Source: Spirulina sp. (GTDB lineage: Bacteria > Cyanobacteriota > Cyanobacteriia > Phormidesmidales > Phormidesmidaceae). Taken from it: DNA of 64,000 nt. Below the pieces are notes generated by a model. The model ran no database searches. It was not told the DNA's origin and was given only the letters and a program-made list of their open reading frames with translations. Below are positions 37,411-45,857 of this stretch, in pieces (positions within the stretch are counted from its first letter, which is position 1; each line of letters begins with the position of its first letter). The stretch lies in the NCBI GenBank assembly GCA_044070495.1, contig JBIPSI010000008.1, positions 32,001 to 96,000 of the forward strand, read 5' to 3'. Both the position numbers and the translations under genes were made by a program.

Positions 37411-38703
37411 CTAGCGACGATCTACGTAGTCGTCGCGGATACCCTTGGCATTGAGGGCTTCCCCTAGACGGCTGAGGGCATGGACATAGGCGGCGGTGCG
37501 GCCAGAGATCGCTTTTTCCTGGGAAATTTGCCAAATGTGTTCGGCTTCGGCCACCATCATCCCTTGCAGGCGGTGGTTCACCTCCTCCCGCGACCAATAG
37601 AGCCCGCTGCGATTTTGCACCCATTCAAAGTAGCTGACGGTGACGCCCCCGGCGTTGACCAAAATGTCTGGGAAAACGGTGATGCCCTTGTCCTCCAAAA
37701 TCAAATCGGCGTCGGCGGTGATGGGGCCATTAGCGACCTCAAAAATGTAGCGGGCCTGGATTTGGTGGGCATTTTCGGCGGTAATTTGGTTTTCTAGGGC
37801 AGCGGGGATCAAAATATCCACATCCAGGGTCAGCAGTTCTTCGTTGGTGAGGGTGGTGTGATCCTGCACAATATTGCAGACGGTGCCCTCGCAGTAGACC
37901 GCTTGCAGTTTGCGGTGGTTGGCCTTGAAATGCTGAATACTGGGGATATCCAGCCCATGGGGAGAAAACACGCCGCCCTGGGAATCGCTGACCGCCACCA
38001 CCCGATACCCGGCATCAAACAGCAGCCGCGCCACAATGCTGCCCGCATTGCCAAAGCCCTGCACCGCCACCGTGGTCATTTGGGGTCGTTTGCCCACCTT
38101 GGCCATCATTGCCTCGATGACGTTGAATGCGCCCATGCCCGTGGCTGTGTCGCGCCCCTCGCTGCCGCCCATCGTCAGGGGTTTGCCCGTAATCACCGCC
38201 GGACAGTGCTGCCGCCGAATGATGCTGTACTGATCCATCATCCAGCCCATAATCAGGGCGTTGGTGTAGACATCGGGGGCGGGAATATCCACATCGGGGC
38301 CAATGAAATCCGCAATGGCGTCGATGTAGCCCCGGCTCAGCCGCTCTAGCTCAAACTTCGAAAGTTCCTTGGGGTTGACGGTGACGCCACCCTTGCCGCC
38401 GCCCAGGGGCAAATTGAGGGCCGCACATTTAAACGTCATCCAAAAGGCGAGGGACTGCACCTCATCGAGGGTAACGCTGGGATGGTAGCGGATGCCCCCC
38501 TTGGCGGGGCCACGGGTATCGTCGTAGCGCACTCGGTAGCCCTGAAACACCCGCAAACTGCCGTCGTCCATCCGCACCGGAATCGACACCGTGAGGCTGG
38601 CTTTGGGGTAGCGCAGCCGCTCCGAAGCATCCTCGGAAATATTGACGTACTTGAGGGCACGCTCTAGGCGACGGTTAGCATCGGACAGGATGGAGGTGGT
38701 CAT
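37411..38703 (-). CDS. gdhA: Glu/Leu/Phe/Val dehydrogenase (glutamate dehydrogenase)
   Basis: GPAKGGIRYHP, GGGKGG, DIPAPD, QGFGNAG, NAGGVTVSYFEW. Confidence 0.92.
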   Translation of the reverse strand: MTTSILSDANRRLERALKYVNISEDASERLRYPKASLTVSIPVRMDDGSLRVFQGYRVRYDDTRGPAKGGIRYHPSVTLDEVQSLAFWMTFKCAALNLPLGGGKGGVTVNPKELSKFELERLSRGYIDAIADFIGPDVDIPAPDVYTNALIMGWMMDQYSIIRRQHCPAVITGKPLTMGGSEGRDTATGMGAFNVIEAMMAKVGKRPQMTTVAVQGFGNAGSIVARLLFDAGYRVVAVSDSQGGVFSPHGLDIPSIQHFKANHRKLQAVYCEGTVCNIVQDHTTLTNEELLTLDVDILIPAALENQITAENAHQIQARYIFEVANGPITADADLILEDKGITVFPDILVNAGGVTVSYFEWVQNRSGLYWSREEVNHRLQGMMVAEAEHIWQISQEKAISGRTAAYVHALSRLGEALNAKGIRDDYVDRR

Positions 38704-38846
38704 AAAATCCCTGGAAAGCGTTGGGAAAGCGCCCATTGGAGCCAGATTTAGCCCCCTAGGTTGCCTTCTATCCTCAACATTCCGCGAAACGACCGGCCCC
38801 GCTCCACTCGGCAATAATTTGTATTGTCTGTAACTAAATTAGAAGA

Positions 38847-39941
38847 TCAGGCTTTATAAAAGGGGCGCTTCACCACCTGGGCAGGGCGCTGCTGGCCGCG
38901 AATATCCACCGCTAGGGCTTGCCCGATTTTGGCGAGGGAACTGGGAACGTAGGCCAGGGCAATGGGGGTGTTCAACGTCGGAGACAGTGTGCCGCTGGTG
39001 ACGATACCCACGGGTTCGCCCCCATGGAGAACAGGATAATCGTGGCGGGCAATGTGGCGTTCAGACAAGGACAGCCCCACTAAGCGGCGGGACACCCCTT
39101 CGGATTTCTGCTGCTCTAGGACGGGCCGCCCGATGAAGTCGCCCACTTCGTCGAGGTGAACCAGCCAACCTAGGCCAGCTTCGAGGGGGCTAGTGGTGTC
39201 GTTAATGTCTTGGCCGTAGAGGGCCATGGCGGCCTCTAGGCGCAGGGTATCGCGGGCACCCAGGCCACAGGGGGCAACGCCGGATTCCAGCAGGGTGTCC
39301 CACAATTTCCCAGCAGTGACAGGGTCGAGCATGATCTCAAAGCCGTCTTCCCCGGTGTATCCGGTGCGGGCTAGGAAGGCAGGTTGGCCGAGTACGGTGC
39401 CGTCTAAATGTCCAAAACGTTCGACGACAGACAGATCCTCCTGGACACAAGTTTGCAGAATCGCTACGGCCTTTGGCCCCTGTATCGACAACAACGCAAA
39501 GTCGCTGGATTGATCCACCAGTTCCACCTCAGTTCCGGCGAGATGTTCTAGAAACCAGGCTTTGTCCTTGTCGGTAGTGGCGGCGTTGACGATGGCAAAG
39601 ACCTGTTCGATGCCCGATGCATCCCGATCCTTTAGGTAAATAATCAGGTCGTCGATGATGCCACCTTGGGGATTCAGCAACACCGTATATTGCGCCTTGC
39701 CGGGAGTCAGTCGCCCTAAATTGGAGGGCACCAACCGTTGCAAAGCCGCCAAAACGCCCTGGCCACGAAACAGAATCTTACCCATGTGGGAAATGTCAAA
39801 CAGCCCCGCCTGGGTGCGGACGGCCTCATGTTCCTGCTTGATGCCGCCAAACTGCACAGGCATTTCCCAACCGGCAAACTCGGTCATCCGGGCCTTCAGG
39901 TCTAGGCAGCGGGAATAGAGGGGCGTTTGACGCAGGGACAT
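38847..39941 (-). CDS. gcvT: Glycine cleavage system aminomethyltransferase T
   Basis: FAGWEMPVQ, FDISHMG, RTGYTGEDGFE, GLGARDTLRLEA. Confidence 0.97.
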   Translation of the reverse strand: MSLRQTPLYSRCLDLKARMTEFAGWEMPVQFGGIKQEHEAVRTQAGLFDISHMGKILFRGQGVLAALQRLVPSNLGRLTPGKAQYTVLLNPQGGIIDDLIIYLKDRDASGIEQVFAIVNAATTDKDKAWFLEHLAGTEVELVDQSSDFALLSIQGPKAVAILQTCVQEDLSVVERFGHLDGTVLGQPAFLARTGYTGEDGFEIMLDPVTAGKLWDTLLESGVAPCGLGARDTLRLEAAMALYGQDINDTTSPLEAGLGWLVHLDEVGDFIGRPVLEQQKSEGVSRRLVGLSLSERHIARHDYPVLHGGEPVGIVTSGTLSPTLNTPIALAYVPSSLAKIGQALAVDIRGQQRPAQVVKRPFYKA

Positions 39942-40020
39942 AACAATACGTTCACTGGATGATTAAGCTAGTATACCGACTATTTTTAGAAGATGAAGAT
40001 AGCGGGGGAGCAATCCAGAT

Positions 40021-40782
40021 ATGAAATTCACACCTAGCGCCAGTGACTATGACATGGAAGATGTAAAAAATGCTATGAGGGTAGAAGAGATTATTGGGGG
40101 CAGTGAGTTTCCAGATTTACTGAAATATACTAGAAGTTGCAACTTTAAGTGTGAGTACGCATGGATTCGTGAGTTTCTTATAGAATCTGACAAAATTCTC
40201 AAAGCAATGAGCAAGCCAAGCGATCCTTTTCAGTCTTCCTTCCCAGAAACTGCTATGTCCACCGCTATTCTTGGGCCAATGATGAGATTGCTTGGTTTTT
40301 ATGGTAACGGCTTGATAGTTCTTCATGAGGCACCAGTGAACTTCAGTCTAATGGGTGATTCTTATTCAAGAACAATTGAAGGATTCGATTTATATGAAAA
40401 CGAGGAAAAGCATTCAGTAGAAGGGAAAATCGACTTCCTAATTCTTTCTTCTGAATCTGAGAGAAAAACTGAAGAAATAGAAATTACTAGCCCCAGTGGA
40501 CTGAATTACCTAAGTTTACGCAAATGGGAACTAGGGATAGAGGTAAAGAAGTGCGGAGAAAATAATCTATCCAAACACGTTAGTCAACTACTCTTATACA
40601 TGAATGTCAATATAAATCTCGAAACACCAAAGTACGGATTATTGACTAACGGAAATGAAAATATATTAATTAAGCTATTCAGAGACTCATCGCAAAAGAA
40701 ATGTTACAGCCTTTTTGAGGCGAAGGGAGTAGGATATCTATTTTATATCTTAAAGTTTTTCAGATTTCGTGAACATTTATAG
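40021..40782 (+). CDS. AT-rich PD-(D/E)xK nuclease-like protein (type I restriction R N-terminal-like)
   Basis: EGKIDFLI...GIEVKK...QLLLYM...YGLLTNG. Confidence 0.7.
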   Translation: MKFTPSASDYDMEDVKNAMRVEEIIGGSEFPDLLKYTRSCNFKCEYAWIREFLIESDKILKAMSKPSDPFQSSFPETAMSTAILGPMMRLLGFYGNGLIVLHEAPVNFSLMGDSYSRTIEGFDLYENEEKHSVEGKIDFLILSSESERKTEEIEITSPSGLNYLSLRKWELGIEVKKCGENNLSKHVSQLLLYMNVNINLETPKYGLLTNGNENILIKLFRDSSQKKCYSLFEAKGVGYLFYILKFFRFREHL

Positions 40783-40902
40783 TCATCCTAATTAAGTTTG
40801 AAAACCTGAAAGGCTTGCTAGGTTGAGGTTTTCAGCATTTAGCTTGTCTGAGGAGTAAAGGCTGACATAAAACCCTGAACATCCACTCACCCCTAAGCAC
40901 TC

Positions 40903-41454
40903 CTACCAACGTTGGGGAGTAAAGTTATCATCATTGAGAATCACGACGCTATCCCCAGACTGGGCCAGTACAAATAATCCCTGACGATAGGCATAGCGGG
41001 CTACCGAGTTGGGCACCACCATTCCGGCCACCGCACCCATGGCATTCACATCGGCATAGCGAGGCATCAGCCGCTTAAACTTGCCCAGTCGCTCTAGGTG
41101 ATCGTTGACATCGGCTTCCGTCAATTTGCTTTTCACCTCGACCACGATGGCGTCCGTGGTATTCACCACCAGCAGGTCAATTTCAATGCCCTCATTGCCA
41201 CGTTGCACCAAAATGCCATCGTGGAATTCATGGACGGCAATACCCCGTTCTTGAAACAACCGCACCACCGCCGGACGCACCTGCCATTCCACAAACTCGC
41301 CCAAACGGTTGCCCAGCTTGCCCAGTTGCTCGTTGAGGTGTTGGTTTTGCTGTTTGATCAACCGTCGAGTTTCCTCAAGCTGGCGATCCGTTTCCTTTTG
41401 GGCAGCGGCAAGTTCGCCCAACACACGCCAAACATCATCCGCCGTAGTGGCCAT
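40903..41454 (-). CDS. DUF3782-like coiled-coil + PD-(D/E)xK-fold protein (paralog 2)
   Basis: EIDLLV...VEVKS; highly similar to 13861-14454. Confidence 0.8.
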   Translation of the reverse strand: MATTADDVWRVLGELAAAQKETDRQLEETRRLIKQQNQHLNEQLGKLGNRLGEFVEWQVRPAVVRLFQERGIAVHEFHDGILVQRGNEGIEIDLLVVNTTDAIVVEVKSKLTEADVNDHLERLGKFKRLMPRYADVNAMGAVAGMVVPNSVARYAYRQGLFVLAQSGDSVVILNDDNFTPQRW

Positions 41455-41632
41455 AGGGCACCCGCCAAATCTTGACCTACGCCCATGCTAACACCGCTGC
41501 TCGGCTACAAAGCGGTACAGGTCGAGACCCGCTTTGGCAGATTGACGATAGCAAGATTACTGGTGATCTGGAAGCGGTTCAGGATAGTCCTACCCACGTC
41601 AGTATTTTACCAATCGATACCTGGAGACTAGG

Positions 41633-42163
41633 GTGATGACATGGAAATTTAGCTTATCAGCAGAATGCGGTTTAGATGAAAGCAAAGCGAAGCTGTTCTC
41701 CCAATATTTTGATGGAGTGATTTGGACACTCTCCAATGGCCGCCAATGCCAATGTCGAACTGCTACTTTCCAGGATATTGAAGAGAATTGGTGGTGCCAG
41801 GTCTGTCCCAATAATATCAGCGAGATTGGAATCGAGTCTCCTGAAAGTGAATATTCGATGACAGAGTTAGGAATTCTCTTTTACCAACATTTGCGTTCTG
41901 CTCCCAAGTTTCGATATGCCTTAGTTGGAGTCGAAGTCGATGAATTCAGGACTTACAGCGAGTTATTGGAAGATTTTTCTGCGTTATCTATCCCAGGTTT
42001 AGTTTTAGCTGTTGAGGTTGGGCAAGAAATGGAGCTATCCCCAGTTTATCGCCCCTTCAGTCCTGGCTATGTTTGGCTACCCTATGAGGGTGAAATTTAT
42101 AATCCACTAATGGCATCTCCAATCCTGAAGAACAAGCTGAACAAATTATTACTGGCAAGCTAA
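41633..42163 (+). CDS. AT-rich hypothetical protein, candidate gene cassette
   Basis: 176-aa ORF with FRYALVGVEVDEFR; followed 20 bp later by an attC-like site. Confidence 0.7.
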   Translation: MMTWKFSLSAECGLDESKAKLFSQYFDGVIWTLSNGRQCQCRTATFQDIEENWWCQVCPNNISEIGIESPESEYSMTELGILFYQHLRSAPKFRYALVGVEVDEFRTYSELLEDFSALSIPGLVLAVEVGQEMELSPVYRPFSPGYVWLPYEGEIYNPLMASPILKNKLNKLLLAS

Positions 42164-42182
42164 TTGAGCCTATTGAGAAGCG

Positions 42183-42268
42183 GCATAACAAATCGATGGA
42201 GCCGACCACCAAGAGTTATCTGTTGGATGTTACAGATTATCTAAGTCGGCTCATCTCAATCGTTAGAC
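42183..42268 (+). other. Integron attC-like recombination site
   Basis: GCATAAC...ATGGAGCCGAC / GTCGGCTCAT (one extra-helical base)...GTTAGAC. Confidence 0.65.
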
Positions 42269-42353
42269 AGATTTAGTCGCATAGGGTAGTGGTAAAAGCC
42301 TCCCCGTAAAGGCATCTTGCTGGATAGTTTGTATTTCATTAATGGGCAGGGGT

Positions 42354-45300
42354 CTAAAATCCCATCGGAAAAATTCCGGCTTCTAGGCGTTGGGCTTCTT
42401 CTAGCTTTTGCTGGAGCTGGTCGCGTCCGGCGGGGCTGTGGAGGATGGGGACAGTTTCGAGCAGGGCGGGGAAGGTGATGACATCCCAATCGTTGGGTAA
42501 GTAGCAGGAAACTTCGGCCCGCTGGAGCCAGATTCGCTGGCTTTCGGGGTGCCAGATAAATTGGCTGCGGGGGCCAAGGGCGAGGGCGGCGAGGGTGGGC
42601 TGGCGGGGGCAGTCCTGGGGGTTGGTGCCCTGGAAACTGGGATCGCGGTAGCGGGGTAGGGGGATGGGCTGAAAGCTGACCCGATAGTCGTGGGCCTGCA
42701 CCCCTAGGCGGGTGGCTTCGACTTGGATGCCCTCCACGCCGACGGCAAAGACGAGGTGGTGACGGAACTGGGCGCTGGGAAAGCCGATGCTGGCCAAGCT
42801 GGGGGGCAGTTCGTAGCGGTTGATGCCCGCCGCCAGGAGGGAACCCAGCAGCAGAATTTTTTGAAAACCGGGCACATCCCATTCGCCCACCAGGCGCTGA
42901 TCTCTGGCTTCGGCGTAGAGGTTGGCGAGGGCGCGGAGGCGGGGGGCGGCCTGGAGGTCTAGGGCGATCAGTTCCTGCACGTTGAGGGTTTCTTGGCCGT
43001 AGGCGCGGAGGGCGGCGGGGGTGCCACCGTAGACGGCAATGTCGGGGGCTTCGCGCAGGTAGATGGCGAGGCTGCGGCGAAAGGCGAGGTATCGCGGATC
43101 GTAGGGGTCGGCGGGGGCAAAGGCTTGGTCGATCAGGCTAGCCAGGTGAGCCTGGAACCCCACCGCCTGCTTGAGGGTGGCATCGATGCCGATATCTTGG
43201 CCGTTTCCCACCATGGCGGCATAGAAGGTTTCGTGGAGGCTGGCCCCTTGCTGGGCGAGGGCGTGGTAGGTGCGAATGGGGACAGTGAGGTCGTGGAGGG
43301 GGTCGGCAAGCTGGGGCACCCGCTGGGCCAGCCAGGGCCAAAAGTCGGCATCTAGACCGTGATCTCGCAGGGTCGCGTACACCAGTTGATCGGCGGCGGC
43401 GGTTTGGGATTGGCCCTGGAGCCACTCCAGCAGCAGCCCCCGACCGTTGGCGTAGGCTTGGGTGAGGGGATAGCCTGCCTTTTCGCTGCGGGACACCAGA
43501 ATAGACAGGGTGTTGCCACCGTTGAGTCGGCTGGCTTCGGTGGGGGAAAGGCGGGGGCTGAGGCCCAGGCGGGTGGGGTCGGTTTTGGCAGCGTCGGCCA
43601 GGGCGGTGGCGAGGGTTGGCGTATGCTGCGTCGCGAGGGTTCGCAGTTGGTCGGTAATCTGTTGACGCAGGGCTTGCTTTTGGCGTTCGTTGTCAACGAT
43701 CTGCCTCGCCAGGGTAACTACCTCGGCGGGGTAAACCCCGGTTTCTGGAAATTGCACGATGCCCAGAGCCAGGGAAATCGCGCCTTCCTCGGCCCCAAAG
43801 GTAACGTTGGGCAGTTTGGAGAGCACCTCTGGGGTGCTGGCTAGGCGGCGGCTTTCTAGCTCGGTGGATCGCTCTAGGTGGCGCACCAGGCCATAGCGCA
43901 GCAGCGGCCCCCAGGGGCTACCATCGGCCACCCATGGTCGCAGCACCAGTTGTTTCATGGACAGGGATTGCTCGTCGCGCCAGAAGGATCCCACTATTCC
44001 GGCCCCGGCGGTGATGGGTCTGGCCTCTGGGGTACGCAGCAGCGGGTCGTGCAGGGTACGCAGGGAATGATCCAGCATCCACAGCGATTCCGCCGGATCT
44101 AGCCCCGCCGCCCGACTCGATTCGACATAGATGGGCATGAAATACTCCACAAAAAAGCGGTCGGTATTGAACCGCTGCCCCGACCGATAGGCCTCTAGCT
44201 TGCCCTGTTGCAAATCGGCGGCGAGGGCGGTGATGAAGGGGCTAGTCTGCAAAAACCAAAAGAATTTACGGTCGAGGTGGGGCGACAACGCCGTCCGAAA
44301 TTGCGCCCTGGCTCGGTTGTAGGCCGCTTCGGAAAGGGGCGGTACCACGGTGCCATCGCGCAGGGTAAACCAGGCCCCATCCCGCCGAAAGGCGTAGCTA
44401 GCCCCCTCAATCAGCGGCACCGACTGACGCAGGGGCAACCCTTGCATGGTCATCCCCAGGCTGGTGGCGATTAGGTCGGGGTCGAGGGTGAGGGCGAGGG
44501 AACCCGGTGGCGGTTGACCCGTAGCTTGCAGCTCGATTTGGGGATCTTGCCAGGGGCCAGTCACCCGCAGGTTGCCCTCAAAATGCTGGTCGGGGGCCAG
44601 GGGCAGGGGTTGGCCCACCAGGCGCTCCAGTTCCGCCGCCGCCACCGAGGGCACCTGGGCGGTGAGGTCATACCCCTGGGGATCCACCTGCCCCGCCGCC
44701 GTTAGGAACAAGTTTCCCAATTGCAGGTGAGTATCGTGCAGCGTTGCCCGCTGGCCCTGGAGCCACAGCCCGCCCTGCCACCGCAGCGGCTCCGCCACCC
44801 GCCCCAGTTGGCCTTTGCCCCTGGCTATCACTAACCCTTGGGCCTCGGTCTTGGCGAGGTTAGGCCGACCCGTACCATCCAACGGTACCGTCAGCGACAC
44901 ATGGCCGTTGACCACCCCGGTTTGCAGCGTAATGGGTGTCGGCAGTAGGGCATTGAGGGGCGTGAGGGGCAATTGGGCCGCTTGCAACGTCGCTTTAGCC
45001 AAGGATTCAGGACTCGTGCCCACCGTGCCAGGATTGGGCAGGGTGCCGCTGAGGGTAAACTGGCCCTGATCGAGTTGGCCCGCCAGATCAAAGGCCATGG
45101 CCCCTGTGGCAGGGCGAAGGACGGATCCCTCAAGCCCCTCTATATATAAGTGGGATGTCCCGGTTTCTCCCAACACCGTGACCTGCCCCCCTTGGATATG
45201 TACCGCCGCCAGGCGGGGCCGACTGTCCTGATCTGGATTGTTCTGATCGCGACTGTCCTGATCCTGGCTCTCCTGGGTAGAGGTCGCCAAATCCATGGGG

Positions 45301-45827
45301 GATAAGGCCCAGGGAAAATCTCTAGGCGCTAGTACCGTGATCTGCGGCTGATCGAGGGTAACGGTCAACCAGGGATCGGTGCCCTTGGCCCAGGCCAGCC
45401 CATCCAGGCCAAGGATGACGGTGCTAATTTGCCCGTGCCACGGTTTACTCGGTTCTGGGGGAAATTGCAGCGGGCCAAGGTGAAAACCCCGTCTGGATAC
45501 CCCTTGCAGACCTCCCAGGCGCACCGGACGCTGGAAATGCTCTGTCAGTTGGGTTTCCCCATAGCGTTGCAGGCTGTGGGCCAGATAGAGGGTGCCCGCC
45601 CCTCCCGCCAGCAACAGCCCTAGCACGAGGCCATGGCTCCAGGTCAGCGTGGGTGGTTTGGCGACCTTGACCCTTGCCACCTTAGATCGGATGGCCTTGG
45701 GTTTGACGGTCTCAGATGGGACAACCTTGGATCTTGATGGCGCGGGACGAGTGCCAGGGGAGGGCAGCAGACTTTCTAGGAACCAGCCTAGGCCAAAGAA
45801 GGGACGGGGGGGACGAGATGGGGTCAT
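42354..45827 (-). CDS. Large hypothetical protein: N-terminal TM + AsmA/DUF748-like beta region + unknown ~700-aa C-terminal domain
   Basis: TM GLVLGLLLAGGAG, RPVRLG.LQG, Gly-rich beta repeats to about aa 440, then unrelated helical region. Confidence 0.75.
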   Translation of the reverse strand: MTPSRPPRPFFGLGWFLESLLPSPGTRPAPSRSKVVPSETVKPKAIRSKVARVKVAKPPTLTWSHGLVLGLLLAGGAGTLYLAHSLQRYGETQLTEHFQRPVRLGGLQGVSRRGFHLGPLQFPPEPSKPWHGQISTVILGLDGLAWAKGTDPWLTVTLDQPQITVLAPRDFPWALSPMDLATSTQESQDQDSRDQNNPDQDSRPRLAAVHIQGGQVTVLGETGTSHLYIEGLEGSVLRPATGAMAFDLAGQLDQGQFTLSGTLPNPGTVGTSPESLAKATLQAAQLPLTPLNALLPTPITLQTGVVNGHVSLTVPLDGTGRPNLAKTEAQGLVIARGKGQLGRVAEPLRWQGGLWLQGQRATLHDTHLQLGNLFLTAAGQVDPQGYDLTAQVPSVAAAELERLVGQPLPLAPDQHFEGNLRVTGPWQDPQIELQATGQPPPGSLALTLDPDLIATSLGMTMQGLPLRQSVPLIEGASYAFRRDGAWFTLRDGTVVPPLSEAAYNRARAQFRTALSPHLDRKFFWFLQTSPFITALAADLQQGKLEAYRSGQRFNTDRFFVEYFMPIYVESSRAAGLDPAESLWMLDHSLRTLHDPLLRTPEARPITAGAGIVGSFWRDEQSLSMKQLVLRPWVADGSPWGPLLRYGLVRHLERSTELESRRLASTPEVLSKLPNVTFGAEEGAISLALGIVQFPETGVYPAEVVTLARQIVDNERQKQALRQQITDQLRTLATQHTPTLATALADAAKTDPTRLGLSPRLSPTEASRLNGGNTLSILVSRSEKAGYPLTQAYANGRGLLLEWLQGQSQTAAADQLVYATLRDHGLDADFWPWLAQRVPQLADPLHDLTVPIRTYHALAQQGASLHETFYAAMVGNGQDIGIDATLKQAVGFQAHLASLIDQAFAPADPYDPRYLAFRRSLAIYLREAPDIAVYGGTPAALRAYGQETLNVQELIALDLQAAPRLRALANLYAEARDQRLVGEWDVPGFQKILLLGSLLAAGINRYELPPSLASIGFPSAQFRHHLVFAVGVEGIQVEATRLGVQAHDYRVSFQPIPLPRYRDPSFQGTNPQDCPRQPTLAALALGPRSQFIWHPESQRIWLQRAEVSCYLPNDWDVITFPALLETVPILHSPAGRDQLQQKLEEAQRLEAGIFPMGF

Positions 45828-45857
45828 GGGTTGGGCATGGGGAGGCAGACGGTAGCG

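Noticed and set aside
38821..38834. NtcA-like site GTA-N8-AAC upstream of gdhA (and GTA-N8-GAC at about 26254)
   Set aside because: One mismatch to GTA-N8-TAC, and for gdhA no appropriately spaced -10 box; cannot be distinguished from chance.
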